Source of the DNA: Yuukianura sp. NJ FZ-2021 | Lineage: Eukaryota | Length of the DNA stretch: 64,000 bases | Direction: 5' to 3' | Assembly (NCBI GenBank): GCA_046563655.1 | Contig: CM102287.1 | Coordinates: 9,424,001-9,488,000 of the forward strand | Shown: positions 11,192 through 27,449 of the stretch, one piece after another | Layout of the letters: every line of letters begins with the position of its first letter | How positions within the stretch are numbered: position 1 is the first letter of the stretch | Notes under the pieces: model-generated | The model's database searches: none | Told to the model about the DNA's origin: nothing | Seen by the model: only the letters and a program-made list of their open reading frames with translations | Made by a program: the position numbers and the translations under genes

Positions 11192-12826
11192 TTAGAATTC
11201 AGTTACGGTTCGAACAGCTTCTAGACATCGCCATTTGTCCGGTAAGTAAAATGGTTCTTGAACGTGAGGAAATGGTGTATCAAAACCAGTGACTCGTTGA
11301 ACTGGTGCTTCGAGATGAAGAAAACAATCTTTCTGGACTGACGCTGCCAATTCAGCGCCAAAACCACACGTCAGCGGAGCTTCATGTGCTATAACGAGTC
11401 GTCCAGTTTTCTTCACTGACTGAGAAAAAAAATACACAAAATTGAAGCTGTTTAAAACTTTTCTGTTAAATAACGTTAGGTGAAATGCATAGAAAGTTAG
11501 TTCCCCCTTGCGCATGGCTCGATTAATTGAAACTTACACTGTAGACTGTTTCGGCATCCCAAGGTTGGATTGACATCAGATCGATTACTTCACATGAAAC
11601 GTTGAGACGATCGTGTGCTAACTGGGCAACTTCCCTCAGAACATGAACCTGGAAAACCCAATTTCACTTTTAGTTTTCAAAATTTTGAAAAAAAGTAACA
11701 AATGGAGGTCAAACCTGAGTACCCCACCCGAGAAGCGTAACGTTGTCACCTTCCTGCAGGACTTCAGCCTTCCCCAGTGGTATTTCGTAGTCCTTAGTTG
11801 GTACTTGTTCAACGGCAGATCTGTATAGAACTTTCGGTTCAAAGAAGATACAAGGATCTTTTGATCGAATGCAAGCCAGCAGCAGTCCCTTGGCCGTCTG
11901 AGCACCTCGAGGAATCACTACGCGAAGACCTGGAGTATGGGCAAAGTAGGCTTCGGGTGACTGCGAGTGGTAAAGTGCACCGTGACCAACGGCGGAACAC
12001 GGTGTTCGGATTGTGAGTCTTCCACAGTCGAATTCGTTTCCTGATCGGTAGCGGAATTTGGCAGCCTGTTGAACAAATGACAGATCTTAAGTGGAAGTGT
12101 TTTGTAATTCTTTAGTTTACCAACAAGCGTAGGAACAGTTTGAAATAAAACACGCTTTGAAGTTTTAGTTGAATTTCGTATCAAAAACGTTTTTCGTACT
12201 TCATTGACTAGTTGATCGAAGGCCGGATAAATGTAGTCGGCAAATTGCATTTCAGCGATGGCAGTAGCTAAAAGATAGAAGAATATTTGTAAATTTTCAG
12301 CGATTACAGATGTATACTAAAAATCGTTTTTAAATCGTTTAAGATCACTCACATCCAGCAACAGCGATTCCAATTCCGAGACCAGCGATTCCTTGTTCGC
12401 ATAACGGCGTATTGAAAACACGATCTTTTCCGTACTTATCCTGGAGACCCAAGGTACACCGAAACACTCCGCCAAAGGCAACATCTTCCCCGAAAACAAC
12501 TGCAAAAAAAAAAGAGACAATTGACCTATGACCTGACACATTTTAAATATGAATGTCGTAAGTTGAACCATACCAGCTGATGGATCCGTCGCAAGGGCAA
12601 TGTCCATAGCATTGTTGACGGCTTGAAAGAGGTTCATCCGGACTGTTTCTCCGGCTGACGATGGAACAGTGTCCGGTACATACGTGAAGTGTGACGAACA
12701 CCGATGCTGCCCATTTTTAATTAAATTGATTCTACTTGATAAATTGGATTTTCTAGTTACTACGGTCGAATGTGGAAATCCAGGAAGACGTGACAACTTT
12801 GACAAAATTGCTGTAGTTAACCTCAT
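11192..12826 (-). CDS. BCKDHB: Branched-chain alpha-keto acid dehydrogenase E1 beta subunit, mitochondrial
   Basis: Motifs [75 protein letters not shown] and [19 protein letters not shown]; basic mitochondrial presequence; multiple GT-AG introns. Confidence 0.97.
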
Positions 12827-13305
12827 GATTCTTAAAATACTTTCGTTTTGTGACCTCTGACCTTCAGTTCTTAATGGCCAATTTTCAACTTAATTACGGT
12901 CCAATTAACCAAGGATTAATTAAGAATTTGAAAAAGTTCTTCACGTGCTTCCAAGAACCCAAATGTCAAAGCATTGCCGCTTATCATCCACTCAACTTAT
13001 TGTGAAATTTCACACGCAGGAATTTTGAATCCAAAGTGCCGGAAAAGAAAACAACGTGAATTTTTGCAAAAAATCATTGCTAAAAGAATTATTTGAAAAT
13101 TTTACGAAATTAACTTAATCAATTAACTAGACGTTCCTGTTGCCATCAACCAGAATTGAAGGAGTAACATCCCGTGCCCGTCATTGTTACAATTTTGGTA
13201 ACATCGTCTACAGTACGTTCTAAACATTCCGGAACCGGATTCCGCCTCCCGTTCGATCAACGGTGACCTTCTGACCTGCCCTGACCTAGAACAATTGGAT
13301 AAACA

Positions 13306-13893
13306 ATGGATTTTGGTAGCATAAGCGGTGGCGGCAGTGGAGCTGGAAGTGCAAATAAGGAGGAGATAATGGAACAAGTCAAACAGCAAATCGCTTTGGT
13401 AAATCAATTACTAACTTTGATTAACCTAAACTATCCCCTACATTGAGCAATGTTAGTTTAACTGTGTTTGATTTATTTACAGGTGAATGCTCAGGAACTG
13501 TTGACCGTAAGTCGTTCAATTATGTAGAACCGACATCCGACATAAAGTCACACACGATCAAATGAAACCTGTATGGAGGCCTTCAATTCAATTCATTGTG
13601 GCATTTTGTTTAACTTTTAGAAAATGACCCAGAAGTGCTTCAACAAATGCGTGACAAAACCCGGGTCAAGCTTGGATAGCGGAGAACAAAAATGTGTAGC
13701 AATGTGTATGGATCGATACGTGAGTGACAAAACAAATCAATGAGTTGTTAATTGATAGCAGGCCAATGGAGGAACTAAATTAATCGTAAATCAGTCATGT
13801 CATGTTCAATTTTTTTCTTAGATGGATGCTTGGAACGTTGTATCAAGGGCATATGGCAATCGACTGAGTAAAGAACGTTCACGGATGTCCTAA
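13306..13893 (+). CDS. TIMM13: Mitochondrial import inner membrane translocase subunit Tim13 (not in ORF track; 4 small exons)
   Basis: Spliced translation [10 protein letters not shown]...[77 protein letters not shown] shows the twin CX3C motif. Confidence 0.95.
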
Positions 13894-14180
13894 TAACTCT
13901 CATAGTTCTACGTAACTGTACTGATTACTTTAGTCAATTGTTAAAATAGTAGAAATTACACCTTATAACCATTCTTTCCAGACAAGTTGAAATACAAATC
14001 AAGCAAAGAATTGCTTACATCCTGGTTTCTACAGAAGTGGTTTCAATTTGGTTTATTTTACACGAGTTTTTAGACATTATTGGCAGAACAAGGTCACACG
14101 GCGCCTGGAACAACAACATGAAGCAACAATAAGCTGAGAGAAGGATTAGATTAATCGATTAATCAACGACATCATGACGA

Positions 14181-14781
14181 TCATATTTTCTGTGATGGAT
14201 CCTTGGGACGACCAGTTCCAAGTTCAGGAGTATTGTAAGACAGGACACCGCGCTGACTCAGAACATGCAGTGTTCCTGGTGGTACTTTGTATGAAGCCTC
14301 CTGCGGTTGCTCACCACCTTTGAAGTGAACGGTAACGTCTCTGATGACTCTCTTTGGTCTCGTCGCGTCATAAATCACCTTCTCAGAAGTATCTGCAAGG
14401 TCAAAGGTCAGAGGTCACAATTTATCAAATCTAAAGTAATCGATTAACGCTAATCTGTTTTCTTTACTTACCAATAGGTTCCGGTGGTGGCCACTGTGTC
14501 TCCAATTCTTCTGGTTCTTCAGCATACACCGGAGGAATTGCCTTGTACGTCCCTGTTGGTGTCCATCTTGTTGGGTTTAGCGGAATATCCTCCAGAAGTG
14601 GGACATTACTCGGTGGTGGCTCAATGTTCTTCTCCTCTTCGTAGCCTGGGGGTGGCCATGTCACTTTTTTGAACTTGTCGGAACAGCGAGTGAAGATATT
14701 TGGAAGCGGCTTTTGACTGCCTTTGGGCGGCCATGCAGGCGTAAACCGCTCTGGCCTCTCGTCACTGTCAAGTCCGAGCAT
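14181..14781 (-). CDS. Unknown Pro-rich protein (about 173 aa) with repeated WPP motifs
   Basis: Exons 14781-14472 and 14392-14181 join in frame via GT-AG. Contains AWPPKG, TWPPPG, RWTPTG and QWPPPE. The ATG directly follows a ttttag acceptor, so upstream exons may exist. Confidence 0.7.
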
Positions 14782-15744
14782 TTCTAAAAACTAAAAACTC
14801 AAGATTTGCAAAAATTTATACTCAATTTGCAATTTTGCGAAATCTGAAGTACTGCGGAGAGCTTGAGCACACCCTCCGAAAGTCGAGTGAGAACTGACTG
14901 ACTCAGGCGAGACTCCAAACTTTTCTAGAAGTAAGAATTTTCCAACTTTTTGTACAACTTTTTTTGAACAGCTCTGTCCCCTGTTCTGTTCTAAAAATGT
15001 TTATATTTTGCCTTCGTTTTTTTCTAGAAACATGACATCATCCGTACCTCGCCGTGAAGCGATATAAAATTCTTCAAGTTGCTGAAAATGCTGAACGTTA
15101 CGGTCGACGGGACACTGACGTTTTACTGGGAGTTGACCTTGACCTTGACATGGATCTCTGATCTTGATTCTTTTTGTACCGTCTTCATCATGGACGCTTC
15201 ATTAATTGAAATGGAGCTGCCTTCTTAGCATTGGGTATGAAACTATATTTTATTCCGGCGTCTCTTCTTTTGCCAACATTTGGCAAGACTCTAAATTTTT
15301 GCAAGTGGAGACAACAAGGTCTCTTTTGCAAAGTGATCTCTCGGTTTTTTGCAAAATGGACTTGGTGTTTCTTGGCTTCAAAAAAAAATCGGAGTTTTCG
15401 GTGAATCCGGATGCTTCATATGAGGAAAATTCGGATCTCCAAAGATACACGGGCAAGTAGCGATCTTCCCACGCAAAAATTCCTGGTTCCATTTTTTTTC
15501 TGAAGAGTGGGAGGATGCCAAAATTTCTAAAAGTGCGAATTATTGTTTCCGACAGATGAATTGCACGTTGCAAAAATGACTAAGTTTTGACTCTCAAAAT
15601 TAAGGAAAACGTTTAGATGAAATCCGCTGCAAAATGCAATTTTTAATTTTTAGTGAAGTATGAGCCTTTCATGATCAGATTCGAATATTTCAACTTTTTC
15701 GAGGTGTCAAAAAAAGTTTTTGTTTTTGAATTTACATTTTTTTT

Positions 15745-16335
15745 TATGGTATTCAGAAAGAGTGATTTTCCTACTAAACTTTTAACGTTTTGGAATTTGG
15801 AATTATGTTATTTAAAAAGAGTGATTTTCCTACTAAACTTTTAACTTTTTGGAATTTGGAATTATGTTATTTAAAAGGAGTGATTTTCCTACTAAACTTT
15901 TAACGTTTTGGAATTTGGAATTATGGTATTTAGAAAGAGTGATTTTCCTACCAAACTTTTAACTTTTTGGAATTTGGAATTATGGTATTTAGAAAGAGTG
16001 ATTTTCCTACCAAACTTTTAACTTTTTGGAATTTGGAATTATGTTATTTAAAAAGAGTGATTTTCCTACTAAACTTTTAACGTTTTGAAATTTGGAATTA
16101 TGTTACTTAAAAAGAGTGATTTTCCTACTAAACTTTTAACGTTTTGGAATTTGGAATTATGTTATTTAAAAAGAGTGATTTTCCTACTAAACTTTTAACT
16201 TTTTGGAATTTGGAATTATGTTATTTAAAAAGAGTGATTTTCCTACTAAACTTTTAACGTTTTGGAATTTGGAATTATGTTATTTAAAAAGAGTGATTTT
16301 CCTACTAAACTTTTAACGTTTTGGAATTTGGAATT
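15745..16335. repeat. 59-bp minisatellite, about 10 copies
   Basis: Unit aaaagagtgattttcctactaaacttttaac(g/t)ttttggaatttggaattatg(t/g)tattta; the agtgattttcc core recurs at 15761, 15820, 15879 ... 16292 with a 59-nt period. Confidence 0.95.
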
Positions 16336-16581
16336 GAATTATGATTTTCCTTCCATTAGCAAGGCTTGGTTTTAAAAAGGTTTAAAAAGGAATTCAATGA
16401 GAATTGTCTGTTGTCAATGGTTACAGAACGATTTTTTGTGGAATGTTTGATTTTGGTTGGTCAATGATGCTAACTTTTTTGTATTTTTTTAGTTTTGACA
16501 GATTAGGTTGACTTAACTGTGCTAAGCTTAAATTAGGCTAGGTTTAGATTAGTTAGATTTGTTTCATCGTTTTTGTAATAA

Positions 16582-19500
16582 ATGTGCAGTAAAAAGAGAG
16601 TCGTCGATGCGTTTTGGCCACACTGTGGCAAGGACTTTGCTATCAACGGAGTCCATGCCTTTAACAAAATTTTTGGAAGGAAGCCCGTACGCTTTTCAAC
16701 TTTTTAAAAACCAAAATTCTGTCAAAATTTTGTGAAAATTTTGAATTTGTTGCTTTTGAATTTCAGAAGTCCTGTGTTTGTAACAATGATAGAACGGAAC
16801 ACTTCAATTCTCCATTTGCTCTCAAAATTGCTACTCCGCCTGCGTGGATTACTCATTACAAACAGGTAACCTAGAAATTGAAAAGAATTTACGAAAAACT
16901 TTTTTTTGTATCAAAATTTTGGATTTGAAAATTTTCAAATTTTGGTGTTAGGTTCTACGCTTCTATGCCTACTTCCAAGAACCAATTCCTGAGTCACGGT
17001 TGGAGACTTACAGAGTACACCATGTCCATATTCTGTTTCATTTGGAAGACGGCACTTTGTCAATTCAAGAACCTGCAACCTATGACCCAGGATTCCCCCA
17101 GGGGAAGTTCCTTGGTCGACACAAAGTTCGACTTCCGGAACCGTGTCACGACTCCTTTCTAACCCTTGACCACATTCGAGTCGGATGTCCACTGGAGATT
17201 TACGGTAAAACGTTCTACATCACTGGCTGTGACGATTTTACTCGAAAGTTTCTCAACCGAACTGGAGTTCCGGTGCCGGCAAATGTGGAACCGCCTTGTG
17301 ACATTGCAACTGAGAAACGCAAGGAAGTAAAGTTCCAATCCAATTTCGATTACACTTTCATTTTTCGATTACTTCGATTTCTTCGTTTCTTACTGATTTT
17401 TGATTCCTTTGGTGTAGGAATTGGTCCATACTTTCATGACACGCCGAACAGGAATCCAGGGATGCCGATTGGTTGAAAAAGGTGTGAAATACTTGACCAA
17501 TACGCGTTGTGTCCTGCGTTTCTGGGGATACTGGGATGACCGCTGTAACGACTTTGGACGACTGCGTCGATTCGTGTTTCTGTTTCATCTGGAAGACGAT
17601 ACTGTCGAAATCATGGAAATTGTCGACGGTGAACAAGGTATTGGAGCCAATCCAGTATTTTTGAGACGCCAAAAACTTCTGAAGGTAAGGAATTGCAACT
17701 TTCACAAACTTTTTATCAAAAACTTGAAATTTTTTCTTATTTTGAGTAGAATTTTGAAGATTTGGTGCACTTGCCGGGATTTACTGAAGAGGGATTTGAT
17801 GTGCTGAATACGAGCAGTGTTTATGACGAATGTGGAGAGTTGGGAGTTGGATACTTGACGGATCGGTTGTACACTGGACACCATTTGAGAGAGTACTACA
17901 AAGCACAAGATCTGGCCATCGGAGCCACGCTGAATGTCTACGGCAGAGCTTTTATCCTGACTGAAGCTGACGAGTTTACGAAAGCTTACTATCGAGACAA
18001 ATTCGGAGTTCAAGATTTTACTCCGCTTGTTCTGGACGAAAATCGTTGCGGTGGGGCCAAACAGCATGTGCAACCATCCTGCGGTAATTTAAAAAAAAAA
18101 CACATCAAAATCCACTTCAAACTGCGAAACATAACTTAAAACTTCTTGGAATTTTGAAAACACAAAAATTTTGAATTTTTGAACGTTTGTTGTTCTAGAT
18201 TTTCAATTAGAGGAACAAGAAAAAAGTATCGACAACTTGGGCCAGAAAGACACTGAACCGAGGACGCATGACTTTATGAACATGGTGATGGACCGGTTAG
18301 ATTTTTTGAAAAAAGTATTTTTGAAACCATTTTCAAAAACAAGTTTTTATAAACTTTTTCGATTTTTGAAACAGTGACATTCTTGCTTTCTCTGCCTTGA
18401 TGCCCTGTGCTCAACACAAAGTGAACAGCGAAAGACGATTTTTGATCAAGTACTTTATGGTGGATTCTTCGTTTCAAATTTTCGAACATGCTCATCCAAA
18501 TTCAGGTGCTTGTAGGAACTTATGAAACTGAAATTTTGAAACAAATTTTCAAATTCGTTTTTCCAAAAAATTTGGTTGGCAGGAATCAAGAGTGGAACTT
18601 TCATGGCTCGACTGCGCGTCAAAAAACCGAAATTGCTTCAAGAGCATACTGGACCGTGTGGACCTTGTTCAGAATACTATCTGCCCAGTGACATGTACAT
18701 TGGAAATACACTGGACATCAATGGATTCAAGTTTTTGTTGATGAGTGCAGAAGAATGTACTTTGAGCTACATGGAGAAACATTACAACTTGGTAAGAAAG
18801 ACAGATTTTGATTCAAAATTTTTGAATTTCAGCAATTTACTAGCAAGAAGGAACTTTTCTGTGCAATTTACCAAGAAAAGTCAACTTTTTTGTCTAAAAT
18901 GATCGTTTTTTCTGAGTTTTTAGTTTCCGCAGTCCAATTTGTGTCAGATTTTGAACAAAGTACGGGAAGCATTTGGTCCACATCCAGCAGATTGCATTTT
19001 ATCGGTGTTCAGTGGAAATGACACGGAGAAGAAAGGGGTCATGAGCACTGCTGACTTCCGGTGCTTGATTCTGGACTTCACTAAAGCAAGTTTGAACGAA
19101 CATGAAATCAAAACTTTGATTCGGGCGTACCGCGTGACACATCCAAGGATTCCCCCGGATTTGGAAACACTTCGGTACACTTTTTAAAGAAAGGCTTAAA
19201 ATTTTCGGTTTTGAGAAATTTTTTGAATCTTAGGAGCATTTTTCATACTGAGTTGAAGCGATACGGATTTGGTCTGTATTCATTACAGCGCCTGGAGTAC
19301 AACTTTCGACACTACGATACTTGTCATACTGGATTTGTCGACCGGACACTGTTGCGTCAAGTTCTCAAAGGTGCCAGGATACCTGTGCGGCGAGAGTTGC
19401 TTGATTTCTTGGTTCAGCAGTAAGTGAACAATTCAGAAATTTTAGACTTTGGAAAATTTCAGAAACGTTTTCAAATTGAGTATTTTCAGTTTTCCGGATC

Positions 19501-20029
19501 CGTGCTGCGAGCAAGTCAACTACTGCGACGTGATGAAGTTCCTTGACTGGGAGAATTACGAAATCCCACTAGCGAGACCTGCTGCTGTGGCTGTAAGATT
19601 TTCTAAATTTAATCGCTGGTGACCTTTGACCTTTTGGAATTTCTAAAATTTCAGTGTATTCTTCGTCATCTTTGTCCTCAACCTCCTCCGGACATTGACT
19701 GTGTCAACTACCATGAATTCCTGGACCAAGTTTGTCCAAACATTCGTTGTTCTCTGGCAGCTCTCTGCAATCCCTGTCCTCCGCCAGTTGTACAGGAGTA
19801 TCTGAATTGTCTTGAAGAAGCACAAGGGAATTGTGCAGAAGATCAAGGTCAAGGTTGCCAAGGAAGTGTATCGCCAGAGCAGAGTAGTGCAGGAACCGGC
19901 GATTGTCAAGGTCAGGGTCATCAGGGTCAAGGTCATCCTCACCAGGGTCAAGAGAATCCTGAAGGAGGTGACGCAGTTGATGAAGAAGAACTGCATAAAT
20001 TTTATGACAACAATCACGTTCACGATTGA
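16582..20029 (+). CDS. EFHC1/EFHC2 (Rib72-like) protein with three DM10 domains and EF-hand region
   Basis: DM10 motifs VLRFYAYFQE...HILFHLEDGTLSIQEP...PQGKFL, VLRFWGYWDD...FHLEDDTVEI and RFLIKYFMVDSSFQIFEH...GIKSGTFM; EF-like DTEKKGVMS and YDTCHTGFVD. Start codon is tentative. Confidence 0.88.
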
Positions 20030-20535
20030 TTTACAAATTCCAAAATTGAAAGTTATCCAATTTTGTTAAAGTGAGAAACGTTGACTTTTGAGAAAAAAAA
20101 AACGATTTGATTTAGCTAACCAGTCTAAAATTCTTCTAAACAAAACGTTTTCACGCCTTTGGCTTTTGACAGGTTCACAGTTTAATTTTGGAATTTATTT
20201 TTTCGAGTTGGAAAAGTTAAGTAAGTTTATAGCCAAATCCAAAAATGCAATGCAATGCAGTTCACTTTTTCGCGTTCTCTTTTCGGAGTTTTTCAATCAG
20301 CTGATTAATTGAGTAATAAAACACAAATTGAAATTCCATTTGTTGTCGGTATTTGATTTGATTTTGATTTATTCTGAGCTGAAAAGGCAGTGACCAGCTT
20401 ACTCGATCGGTTTCCCGGGGTCAAGGGGTGGGTCACTGACCTTCATCATTCAATTAACTGTTGAACAGAAGAAGGACAAAACTTGTACTAATCCATATCG
20501 GAACCGTCAAACTGTCTTGAATTAGTAATCGAGAC

Positions 20536-21463
20536 ATGTCATCTGTTAATTACGTCCAAGATGAAACAGGTACAAGCAAATTAGAATTAGAACGGTTCAT
20601 GATTTTAATCGTTGACTTTTGCTTTAGGAAATACGTTTATTCCGGCAACTCAACGACCTGACGGTACCTGGAGACGACCAATTAGAGTCCGCGAAGGATA
20701 TATACCACAGGTGACGTGAGAAAAAACAATTACTTAACCTCACATCTCTAGTTGTATTCAATTTAGACCGTACAATACGGAATCAATTACTGAACTGATT
20801 TGTTTATGTCCCGAACAGGATGAACAACCTCTGTACGTAAGCAAGGGGAAGCCGTCTTATCCCGTTGGCATGTCTCGTGACACAGTTAGTAGTACTACGT
20901 CCAGAACCAAACCATCATCGTCCGATTCATCTCCGTATTTTGAAATCGGTAACTACGTACCAGTGAGCAAGATTCCGGGACTCAATTTTGTCAAGGACAC
21001 AGACGAGGCCAAGAAGGCTTCAGCTTCAAAGAAGAAGAAGAGCAAGGCCAAGGGTGACGGAAGTACTGCTGCTACGGGTGGGACCACAAATGACATTTCA
21101 AAGTCAAATTCAGTAACAACTCAATCCAAGCCACCAGAAGCTGCTTCAACGCCAACTGACCCACAGAAACGATTACGAAACTTACGTAAGAAACTGAAAG
21201 ACATCGAAGCCCTCGAAATAAAAATCAATACTGGAGAGCTGAAAAATCCTGAGAAAGAGCAGGTACGATTTCGTCAGGATTCTTTGATAGTACTTGCAAG
21301 TATCTTTGATTGTACTTGCAAGCATCTTTGATAGTACTTGCAAGTATCTTTGATTTAATTTTGGACTTCTGTTGCTTTTTAGATGGAGAAGATACAGCGA
21401 AAAGATGAAGTTGAAGATGAAATTGAGGAACTGAGTAGACTAATTGCTGGAGGTCATCTATGA
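20536..21463 (+). CDS. PYM1: Partner of Y14 and Mago (PYM1/wibg)
   Basis: Spliced N-terminus [45 protein letters not shown] (Mago-bind domain) and C-terminal [20 protein letters not shown]...EKEQ/MEKIQRK. Confidence 0.93.
21281..21354. repeat. 22-bp tandem repeat x3.3 in a PYM1 intron
   Basis: Unit tctttgatagtacttgcaagta, with palindromic core tacttgcaagta. Confidence 0.85.
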
Positions 21464-22283
21464 AACGTCTTCAATTAAGTTCAGTTCAATTCCTGTTTTG
21501 GACTTTATCATCATCATGGTTGCCTCTCTCGTCGTATATTTTGAATGCGTGCAGTCTGCTGTGTAAAGTTGTGTTCTTCTAAAAGTTGGGTCAATCAAGG
21601 TCAGCCCAACACCTTTTCCTTCTAAAAACTTAAGTTTCCAGAAGTTTCAACATTTCAAAACTCCTAAAAACGATTCACAAACGATCCAGTTCTTTCTAAC
21701 AAAAGTCAATTCATCTTCTACACTTTTATCAGTTGTGCCCCTGTGCAAATCGATCGAGAAATGTAATAATTTTATCCAGAAATTTTAAAATTTTAAAACT
21801 TGTGTAAGTAATAAATTATGTTATGGAATTTTATCCAACTTTTAAGGCGAGTTCACACCCGCTGAAGAGGAACACTAAACATTTCAACTTTCTTATTTTG
21901 AAGAGTGTTGACCTCTTGTTTTTCTGTAACACAAAGAGCAATAATGGAGGTCAATCGTTCTTGTTGAGCAGCAAAGGAAAACGAAGACGGTGGTGATCCC
22001 ATTGTTCCTGTTTTGTCCGAAGTTTACAAGTGAGATGGGTGTGAATTACGATGGCGTTGCTTTTACTGTAATTGGCGTTCCTTTTACGGTAATTTTGGGA
22101 GGAGATGCTGATGCAGAATGCAGAGATGGAAGTGTCATTAGCCTTGACTCTTCTCTAATCTCTCATCAGTCAGCAGCTGATCATTCACGAACAAACATAG
22201 CTACAGTTAAATTGTACTTAAATTAATTAAGTTAAGTCAATTACCGGTTAATTTCAATTTTATCAACTAACAACTCATTTGTC

Positions 22284-24659
<2,376 letters not shown>

Positions 24660-25030
24660 CGAGATTTTAAACCAATGCAAATAAGAAAGACATTTAACTA
24701 TATTTACTTCGAAACTTATTAAAACTCACAGCAAATTAAAAACGTTTTACCTGTGCCTTGGCTTCGTTTCATACCTCGCGTTGTGGCATGGTGTCGAGTA
24801 AAATTAAAAAAAAAACTAATTGAATTTCAAAATTTTGTGTAAAGCTTTGATTCTAAAATTTGATTCCGTAGAACGGTGCAAATACATCTACACTTCTGCA
24901 GGAATTTGAAACGAAAAAACCGCGAAAAAAAGACAACAAACAAAAAAAAATACGAAAAAGACAAAAGTTTAGTAGAATTGAATTGATGAGTTGTCAATTT
25001 GATTAATCGATTAATAGTAATTGAACAACA

Positions 25031-27040
<2,010 letters not shown>

Positions 27041-27449
27041 TTAATTAACTAGTTAATTTTAGATTAATTATAGCACAGATTTTAATTTAGTTTTCGTTTT
27101 TCTTAACTTCAAATGATTGCACAAATAAGGTTGCGCAACAAATTAGATTTGTCATAGTGTGATTTAGCAACACAAAAAATTGGCTACAAATTACAAGGTA
27201 AGTTATGATTGCAATGCTGTTGGTGTTGAATATGGCAGCGCTTAAATATTTTCCTAAACATAATGAACTTTGTGATTAATTCTCAATAAATTGCGAACTT
27301 AAATTAATTAAATTAAACTTTTCCTAACTAAATACTTTTGTCTTTTCTGTCTAAACAAATGGCACTCCGAAATAATATTAGTTCATGTTTTGCGTTGTTT
27401 TCAGCGATTCAACCTTCGTTTTCAGTCTCACGCGTTTTTGGGTTCAATT

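Noticed and set aside
15745..16335. Regular repeat array as a CRISPR candidate
   Set aside because: Units are contiguous with no unique spacers, no cas genes are present, and the context is eukaryotic.
21940..22226. GC-richer segment between PYM1 and XYLB (78-aa ORF; TGATGA/CTGA-like words on the minus strand)
   Set aside because: No convincing ORF, splice structure or correctly ordered C/D boxes; cannot support a gene or snoRNA call.
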